Below, piece after piece: positions 57,772-64,000 of a stretch of DNA of 64,000 bases (position 1 is the first letter of the stretch; the number at the start of each line of letters is the position of its first letter). The position numbers and the translations under genes were made by a program. This DNA comes from Thermodesulfobacteriota bacterium. GTDB lineage: Bacteria > Desulfobacterota_D > UBA1144 > Nemesobacterales > Nemesobacteraceae. A model generated the notes under the pieces. The model was not told the origin of the DNA. It saw nothing but the letters and a program-made list of their open reading frames with translations, and ran no database searches. The DNA lies in the NCBI GenBank assembly GCA_965202785.1, contig OZ241855.1, positions 640,001 through 704,000 of the forward strand. The letters are read 5' to 3'.

Positions 57772-59232
57772 TCACGAACCGTGATATATGGAGAGAAAAG
57801 CGGTGTACGTGAAACCGAACTGCATAAGCAGCAAAAAGGGAACCCAGATGAAAAATCCCATGTAAAGAACGTACGCCACCTGGGCCGTGAAGAAAACCGA
57901 GAGGATGACCTCTAAAAAAGTGGTAACCCCTTTTGAGGAAACGTACGCCGAGGTTCTCCACCTGTCCTTCCTGCCCACAACAGCGTACTTGGGCGTTCTA
58001 GCAAAACCCGACGTCCTGCCCAGAACCGCCTCCAGAACGGCCTTGGCGTTGTTGACGCCTATGCCCGCCCCGACACTCAGCGCAACGGGTATGTACTTGT
58101 AGAACTCCCGCGCCCGGGGGCCGTGGGCCTCGCGGACGGCCAGTATGTAGAACCTTATTATGGCCAAAGTGCCTAGCGCCACCCCGGTGACGCTCGCTAT
58201 AAAGAGGTCGTTAAGCCAGATCCGCTCCCATAGGAAATTCATGGGTATTATGAGAATTATCGTGGCGAGCAGAAACAGGTAGCTGAAATTGCCGAGGAGG
58301 TGAAACACGCTCTCGGCCTTGACCTTAAACGGAATCCGGGAGTCACCAAGCACCGAGGGCAGAAGCTTCCCTGCCGTCTGGATCCCTCCCTTAACCCACC
58401 TGTGCTGCTGTATCTTAAAGGCGTTCATGTCAACGGGAAGCTCGGCGTCCGATATGACGTCGGGCAGGTAGACCGCGCGCCACCCGTTTATCTGCGCCCT
58501 GTAGCTGAGATCAAGATCCTCGGTCAGGGTGTCGTGCTGCCACCCTCCGCTCTGCTCTATGCACTTTTTGCGGATCACCCCGGCGGTGCCGTTGAAGTTA
58601 AGAAAGAGTCCGTTTGAGTGCCGGGCGGCCTGTTCCACGACGAAATGGCCGTCAAGAAGCACTGACTGGGCCTTGGTCAGAAGGGAGTAGTCGCGGTTAA
58701 GATGCCCCCATCTCGTCTGCACTATCCCGACCTCCGGGTCCTCGAAGCACGGCACGGTCCTTCGGAGAAAATCCCTCGGGGGAACGAAATCCGCGTCGAA
58801 AACCGCAAGGAGCTCTCCGCTTGCCTGCGCGCAGCCCGCGGCAAGCGCCCCCGCCTTGTAGCCCTCGCGGTTCCCCCTGCGGACGTGCTTTATGTCAAAC
58901 CCCGCGGCCCGGAGCTCCTCGGTGCAGCGCGCCGCTATGCGGCTTGTATCGTCCGTTGAGTCGTCAAGCACCTGCACCTCGAGCAGATCCCTCGGGTAGT
59001 CGATCGCGCAGACCGCTCGGATGAGCCTTTCGGTCACGTACATCTCGTTATAGACGGGAAGCTGCACCGTGACGCGCGGAAGGAATCCCTGTCCCCGCGG
59101 GGCCGCGGTGCGGCGCGCCTTTGTCCTCGAGTAAAGATGCACCAGGTAGTAGCGGTGAAGGCCGAATATGCAGAGAAAAACGGAGGAGACAACGTAAAGC
59201 AGGGTGCAGAAGTACTTTATGGATTCAAACAA
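57772..59232 (-). CDS. GT2 processive glycosyltransferase (cellulose synthase-like, CslA-type)
   Basis: VTVQLPVYNE, QVLDDSTD, GYKAGAL, FDADF, FNGTAG, TLTEDLDLS and QQHRW (QxxRW). Confidence 0.92.
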   Translation of the reverse strand: MFESIKYFCTLLYVVSSVFLCIFGLHRYYLVHLYSRTKARRTAAPRGQGFLPRVTVQLPVYNEMYVTERLIRAVCAIDYPRDLLEVQVLDDSTDDTSRIAARCTEELRAAGFDIKHVRRGNREGYKAGALAAGCAQASGELLAVFDADFVPPRDFLRRTVPCFEDPEVGIVQTRWGHLNRDYSLLTKAQSVLLDGHFVVEQAARHSNGLFLNFNGTAGVIRKKCIEQSGGWQHDTLTEDLDLSYRAQINGWRAVYLPDVISDAELPVDMNAFKIQQHRWVKGGIQTAGKLLPSVLGDSRIPFKVKAESVFHLLGNFSYLFLLATIILIIPMNFLWERIWLNDLFIASVTGVALGTLAIIRFYILAVREAHGPRAREFYKYIPVALSVGAGIGVNNAKAVLEAVLGRTSGFARTPKYAVVGRKDRWRTSAYVSSKGVTTFLEVILSVFFTAQVAYVLYMGFFIWVPFLLLMQFGFTYTAFLSIYHGS

Positions 59233-59269
59233 CTCTCAAAACCTCTTATCTCTAAAGACCCGGTCGTCC

Positions 59270-60436
59270 CTACGGCTTGAACTTCGCTATCCTCTCGGCC
59301 GCCTGCTCTATCCTCTGCGTGTCGAACGTCACCGAAACCCTGGCGTACCCCTCTCCGCAGTCCCCGAAACCGTTTCCGGGGGTTACGACCACTCCGGCTT
59401 CAGAAAGCATCCTCGCGCAGAACTCTGAAGAGCTTATCCCTTCGGGAACCTCGAACCACACGTAGAAGGTAGCATCGGGCTGTGTATAACTGATGCCGGC
59501 TTCTTCGAGGCCGCGACAGAATATCTCGAGGCGCTCCCTGTAGACCTCTTTTCTCTCCTCAAGTCCGACGGAACTGTTCTGAAGAGCCGTTATGCCCGCC
59601 TCCTGGACCGCCTGAAAAACCCCCGAGTCTATGTTCGTCTTTATCTTCCCGAGACCCGCTATTGCTCTCTCGTTTCCCGCGGCGAACGCCAGGCGCCACC
59701 CGGTCATGCTGAAGGTCTTTGAAAGCGAGTGGAACTCGATTCCCACGTCCATCGCCCCCGGTATCTCGAGGAAGCTCAGGGGGTTTTTTCCGTAAAACGC
59801 TATCTCCGTGTAGGCGGCGTCGTGGCAGATGAGTATCTCGTTTTCCCGGGCGAAATCGACCACTTCCCTGAAGAACCCCTCGTTGGCGAGAACCGTCGTC
59901 GGATTGTTCGGATAGTTAAGAAACATCATGACGGCCCGCTTGGCCACCTCCGCGGGAATGGCGTCAAGGTCCGGAAGAAAATCGTTTTCCTTAAGAAGCG
60001 GCATCGCGTAGGGAACCCCTCCGGCAAACGTGACCGAAACCGGGTACACGGGGTATCCGGGGTCCGGCACGAGCGCCACGTCCCCCGGGTCAACAAACGC
60101 CAGAGGCGCGTGGGCCACACCTTCCTTGGAGCCTATGAGGGTTACCACCTGCTTTGCGGGGTCGAGGCTTATCCCGAAGCGCTCTGCGTACCACTCGGCA
60201 GCCGCTTCCCGAAAAGACAGCATGCCCACGTAGGAAGGGTAGCGGTGGTGCTCCGGATTCCCGGCCGCCTCGCGAAGCGACTCCACTATGTGATCCGGCG
60301 TCGGTATGTCCGGGTCGCCCACCCCGAGGTCGATCACGTCGACCCCCTTATCGATCAGCTCGTTTTTTTTCCTGTCGATCTCGGCGAAAAGGTATGGAGG
60401 AAGCTGCTCGATTCTCTCCGCCCACTTGATTTTCAT
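59270..60436 (-). CDS. dapL: LL-diaminopimelate aminotransferase
   Basis: LPPYLFAEID, DLGVGDPD, LIGSKEG, NYPNNPT, HDAAY, FHSLSKTFSMTGWR and KTNIDSG. Confidence 0.9.
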   Translation of the reverse strand: MKIKWAERIEQLPPYLFAEIDRKKNELIDKGVDVIDLGVGDPDIPTPDHIVESLREAAGNPEHHRYPSYVGMLSFREAAAEWYAERFGISLDPAKQVVTLIGSKEGVAHAPLAFVDPGDVALVPDPGYPVYPVSVTFAGGVPYAMPLLKENDFLPDLDAIPAEVAKRAVMMFLNYPNNPTTVLANEGFFREVVDFARENEILICHDAAYTEIAFYGKNPLSFLEIPGAMDVGIEFHSLSKTFSMTGWRLAFAAGNERAIAGLGKIKTNIDSGVFQAVQEAGITALQNSSVGLEERKEVYRERLEIFCRGLEEAGISYTQPDATFYVWFEVPEGISSSEFCARMLSEAGVVVTPGNGFGDCGEGYARVSVTFDTQRIEQAAERIAKFKP

Positions 60437-60704
60437 TTGAAGTCCTCCCGAGGTTAGATGGGTCCTGACAAAGCATCTAGGTTAACTTGAAGAAGTCATC
60501 TATTCAAGCTCGGAAACCCCCGGTTATCCATATAGCCCCGCAAGCATGAGGCTGGATGAATTCCGGGGAAACAGCTATGAAATCTTCGTATTGGAAGAAT
60601 CATGTCCATGTCACGTAGTCCGAGAGCAAAAGCGGGCACATAAAGAAACCGCCTTTGTTGAACGCAGCAGGCTATAACCCGGTGAATATCCACCCCGAGG
60701 CAAA

Positions 60705-61007
60705 TTATCCATGCGAACCGGTTTCGGGTTGCCAGCGGCGAATCTTTTGAATCTCCGGCCATGATTCAGCCCTCACCTTGTCAAGATCATAATCTCTTTG
60801 CAGATTGATCCAGAGTTCGGGCGTGGTACCGAAAAACTGTCCAAGCCGCAAGGCGGTATCAACCGTTATATCCCGCTTCCCGCGAACGATCTGGGAAATT
60901 CGATTGGGCGGCACACCGATACGACGTGACAGCTCCGTCGGCGTCACGCTGATTTCCCTAAGTTCGTCAATAAGAAACTCACCGGGGTGAATAGGTTCCC
61001 TGGCCAT
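60705..61007 (-). CDS. higA: HigA family antitoxin (HTH Xre)
   Basis: PIHPGEFL, RISQIVRGKRDITVDTALRLGQFFGTTPELWINLQ; RBS AGGAGG. Confidence 0.95.
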   Translation of the reverse strand: MAREPIHPGEFLIDELREISVTPTELSRRIGVPPNRISQIVRGKRDITVDTALRLGQFFGTTPELWINLQRDYDLDKVRAESWPEIQKIRRWQPETGSHG

Positions 61008-61042
61008 TGCCGTTACCTCCTGCCTTTCGTTTTTGTATTGAT

Positions 61043-61141
61043 CTAATGATAATCTACGATCTCCACTTCACAGGCGCCTTTTTCCCATCTGAAACATACG
61101 CGCCATTGTTTATTAATTCGTATACTGTACTGTCCTGTTCT
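61043..61141 (-). pseudogene. higB: C-terminal remnant of a HigB (RelE-family) toxin
   Basis: Hand translation: RTGQYSIRINKQWRVCFRWEKGACEVEIVDYH*; preceded in frame by a stop, with no start codon. Confidence 0.9.
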
Positions 61142-61146
61142 AGCCT

Positions 61147-61177
61147 ATGGTATTGACTAGTTACGTCAACAGTCAAT
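61147..61177 (-). promoter_or_regulatory. higBA promoter with overlapping inverted-repeat operator
   Basis: Minus strand TTGACT-18 bp-TACCAT; inverted repeat ATTGACT(61152)...AGTCAAT(61177). Confidence 0.55.
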
Positions 61178-61363
61178 GTGATCCCGCAGTTAGTCACAAT
61201 AATTTGATCTTCTACAGTGCGGGGAAATCTCCTGCCAGAAGCGTTAACCGCCCCTTAACGGGAGCTTTGCACTGCTTTGACGAAGACCGGGAATAATCAG
61301 CACTTGGGGGCATGTTTAACAACGCCCGCAAAAAAGTTTAGAATTACGAGCGAGGAAAAGAGA

Positions 61364-62437
61364 TTGAAGATACTCTACGCCATACAGGGAACCGGAAACG
61401 GCCACATAAGCCGCTCAAAAGACGTGATAGCCGAACTTCGCAAGTCGGTCGAGGTCGACATAATGGTAAGCGAGCGCCAGCACGAGATAGACCTCGGCTT
61501 CGAGGTCAAGTACAACCTGCGGGGGCTTGGATTCGTTTTCGGGAAAAACGGCGGAATAGATTACTACGCCTCCATAAAGAAGGCCCGCTTCGACAAGCTG
61601 CTCGGAGACGTAAACGACCTTCCCGTGGCCGATTACGACATGGTGGTAAGCGACTTCGAGCCCATATCCTCCTGGGCGTGCCGCCTCAAGAAAAGGCCCT
61701 GCGTGTCTCTCTCCCACCAGACGTCGTTCGCCTCCCCCAAGACCCCGAGGCCCGAGAAGCCGAACAAGATAATGGAATTCATAATAAAGTGGTACGCTCC
61801 GGTGTGCATACCGCTCGGGCTTCATTTCCGCGAGTACGACAACTTCATAAAGACCCCCATAATAAGAAAGGAGCTTCGCCGCTATGAAGTGCGCCGAAAC
61901 GGCCACTACACGGTCTACCTCCCGAGCTTCGACGAGCGGAAGCTGGTCGGGCACCTCGGGAAAATCGACGTGCGCTGGGAGCTTTTCTCAAAACACTACA
62001 AGGGAGAGCCCTACACCGAGGGAAACGTCACCGTGTACCCGGTAAGCTACGAGAAGTTCATAGAAAGCTTCACCGGAAGCGAGGGCATACTCACAAACGC
62101 CGGGTTCGAGACGCCGTCCGAGGCCCTTTTCCTGGGCAAGAAGCTGCTCGCGGTGCCGATGAAGGGGCAGTACGAGCAGGAGTGCAACGCGGTGGCGCTT
62201 GAGCAGATGGGATTCGAGGTGCTCCACAAGGTGGGCAATGATTTCGAAAGCACGCTTGAGAGATGGGTATCCCTTCCCAGGGCGCAGCCCGAACCCTACA
62301 GAAACGTCGTTCCCGACATATCGGAAACCATACTCGCCCTTGCCGAGCGCTACGGGGGGAAAGAGGAATACGGACACCCGACCGGCTCCCCTATCGAGGA
62401 CGCCGAGCGAAAGGGACTCCTTGATCTTTTTCTCTGA
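61364..62437 (+). CDS. GT-B glycosyltransferase (MJ1255/TIGR00661-like)
   Basis: KILYAIQGTGNGHISR, SDFEP, NAGFETPSEAL and PMKGQYEQECNA; TTG start at 61364. Confidence 0.88.
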   Translation: MKILYAIQGTGNGHISRSKDVIAELRKSVEVDIMVSERQHEIDLGFEVKYNLRGLGFVFGKNGGIDYYASIKKARFDKLLGDVNDLPVADYDMVVSDFEPISSWACRLKKRPCVSLSHQTSFASPKTPRPEKPNKIMEFIIKWYAPVCIPLGLHFREYDNFIKTPIIRKELRRYEVRRNGHYTVYLPSFDERKLVGHLGKIDVRWELFSKHYKGEPYTEGNVTVYPVSYEKFIESFTGSEGILTNAGFETPSEALFLGKKLLAVPMKGQYEQECNAVALEQMGFEVLHKVGNDFESTLERWVSLPRAQPEPYRNVVPDISETILALAERYGGKEEYGHPTGSPIEDAERKGLLDLFL

Positions 62438-62460
62438 GAATAAAACCGCGGCAGGGGAAA

Positions 62461-63087
62461 TCAGGAAAGAAAGAACCAGAAGACCGCGATACCGAGAACC
62501 AGTCCCGCCAGTGTCTGGGCCAGGCTGTGGCACCCGAGCCTCACCCTCGACCACGCGACCAGCAGGGCAAGGGGCGGGATAACGAAAACCAGCGCCTCGT
62601 GGGGATGGGCAAACACCACCGCCCCGAGCGCTCCCATCGCGGCGCAGTGACCGCTTATCTTCCAGTAAAGCGAAACCAGTATCCAGAGGCCCGTAAGCGC
62701 AAGGCACAGGTAGCCGAGCGTGACCAGGGCGCCCGGGCCGCCGACGAAGCCGTAGAGAACGAGCAGCAATACCGAGTAGACGAAAACGACGCTGAGGGGC
62801 CTTATCCGCTCCTCTCTCACGCTCATATGAAAATCCGTCACCTTGCCCTTGCCCATGAGATAGAATATGTAGGCCGTCGGGACGAGCACGAAAAGGAACA
62901 TAAAAAGAGAAATCCAGAGAAACTTGGCGGAGTGGTCAAGCGAGTAGGAGCAGAGAATCACCGCGTAGAAAACCACAAGCGGGGGTGAGAAAACGGTGGA
63001 GACAAAGTTCGCCGCACCTGCGGCCCTGCCGCCCTCGGCTGGGCGCGGAAACGTGATCTTCTGGGCTACGTTGTCGTTATTAATCAT
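62461..63087 (-). CDS. PAP2-like membrane phosphatase family protein
   Basis: About 6 TM segments; WKISGH and WSRVRLGCH motifs. Confidence 0.75.
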   Translation of the reverse strand: MINNDNVAQKITFPRPAEGGRAAGAANFVSTVFSPPLVVFYAVILCSYSLDHSAKFLWISLFMFLFVLVPTAYIFYLMGKGKVTDFHMSVREERIRPLSVVFVYSVLLLVLYGFVGGPGALVTLGYLCLALTGLWILVSLYWKISGHCAAMGALGAVVFAHPHEALVFVIPPLALLVAWSRVRLGCHSLAQTLAGLVLGIAVFWFFLS

Positions 63088-63258
63088 CTATCTCTCGACC
63101 CTGTATAGAATAAAAACCGCATGGAGCGCAAAAAACAAGGGGGAAACCGAAGGTTTTGCGTTTTTTAATCACTCTTTTAAAAACCGTTAACACATCCTTA
63201 AACTTAGAAGGCCGGTGTTTTCTAAAACCCGCGAATAATCTGTATAATACCCGACGGG

Positions 63259-64000
63259 ATGACTGCGAAATGGAAAAAGAGCTTCCTTGGCCGCCGTGCG
63301 GGAGCGGCGACCGCCCTCTGTGTCATGGGGGCGCTCGTATCGGGATACCTGCTCGTGGCTGATTTCGTGCTCGGGGGCGCGGAGCTCTGCCTTACGGGCA
63401 AGGGCTGCGACGTGGTGAGAGAGAGCCGGTACTCGAGCATCGGAGGCATCCCGGTCTCGCTGCTCGGAGTCTTGGGATATGCGGCCATGGCTGCGGTTTC
63501 CGTCTCGCGCCTCGGGCGGCGGACGAAGTGGAACCTTCTTTTCTGGCTATCGGCTGTGGCCGTCGGTTTTTCAGCCTACCTGACCTACCTTGAACTTTTC
63601 ATAATAGAGGCGCTTTGCTCATGGTGCATCGCCTCGGCCGCAATCGCGGCGGCGCTGTTTCTGCTCGCAGCCTCTCGAACAACCGGCAACGCCATAAAGT
63701 CCTTCGGCGGAGCGGCGGCGCTGTTTGTCCTAGTGTTTGCCGCGTCTTACTCGATTCATTCCCCCGCCCCGCAGGAAAACCCACCGTCCGCAGCCACCTT
63801 TTACCAGGTAAGCCTTGCGAAATACCTCTCGGAGCGCGAAGCGACCATGTACGGCTCACACACCTGCGTTCACTGCGAGAACCAGAAGGAGCTTTTCGGG
63901 GGGGCCTTCGGCCACATAACCTACGTCGAGTGCAGCCGAAGCGGTCCCGACCCCGATCCCGCCCTCTGCGCGGCCAAGAACATAAAAAGCTACCCCACTT
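63259..64000 (+). CDS. Vitamin K epoxide reductase (VKOR) fused to a thioredoxin-like domain (runs off the window end)
   Basis: Hand translation from ATG 63259: CLTGKGCDVVRESRYS, GIPVSLLG, YLTYLELFIIEALCSWC, then MYGSHTCVHCENQKELFG...YVEC...IKSYPT. Confidence 0.9.
   Translation, partial: MTAKWKKSFLGRRAGAATALCVMGALVSGYLLVADFVLGGAELCLTGKGCDVVRESRYSSIGGIPVSLLGVLGYAAMAAVSVSRLGRRTKWNLLFWLSAVAVGFSAYLTYLELFIIEALCSWCIASAAIAAALFLLAASRTTGNAIKSFGGAAALFVLVFAASYSIHSPAPQENPPSAATFYQVSLAKYLSEREATMYGSHTCVHCENQKELFGGAFGHITYVECSRSGPDPDPALCAAKNIKSYPT

Overview
This is a 64-kb bacterial chromosomal window of moderately high GC, mostly housekeeping genes: lon (partial), ferritin, nadBCA, glnD, dnaB, lipA, aroA-cmk-rpsA-sppA, apgM, mazG, erpA, purH, dapL and tRNA-Gly(CCC). 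The gene complement suggests a diderm, deltaproteobacteria-like lineage (possibly Ca. Dadabacteria; inference only). There is no CRISPR array, rRNA, intact IS or prophage. The most coherent unexplained system is a murQ-anmK-nagZ-SSS cluster in which a sodium:solute symporter sits where an AmpG-type or PTS muropeptide importer would be expected. Other oddities: an alpha-beta-order AccA-AccD fusion with an expanded zinc knuckle; two in-frame insertions beside the IMP cyclohydrolase motif of PurH; an exported acetoacetate-decarboxylase-fold protein lacking the catalytic Lys; a lipoprotein-anchored RTX protein; a degenerate ECF42-like sigma factor; solitary nuoE and nuoI genes; and two long structured intergenic elements. 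The right third is scattered with decayed accessory DNA: two TA modules with dead toxins and intact antitoxins, a TraW remnant, a DNA methyltransferase stub and other fragments. All calls come from motif recognition by eye; no searches were run.
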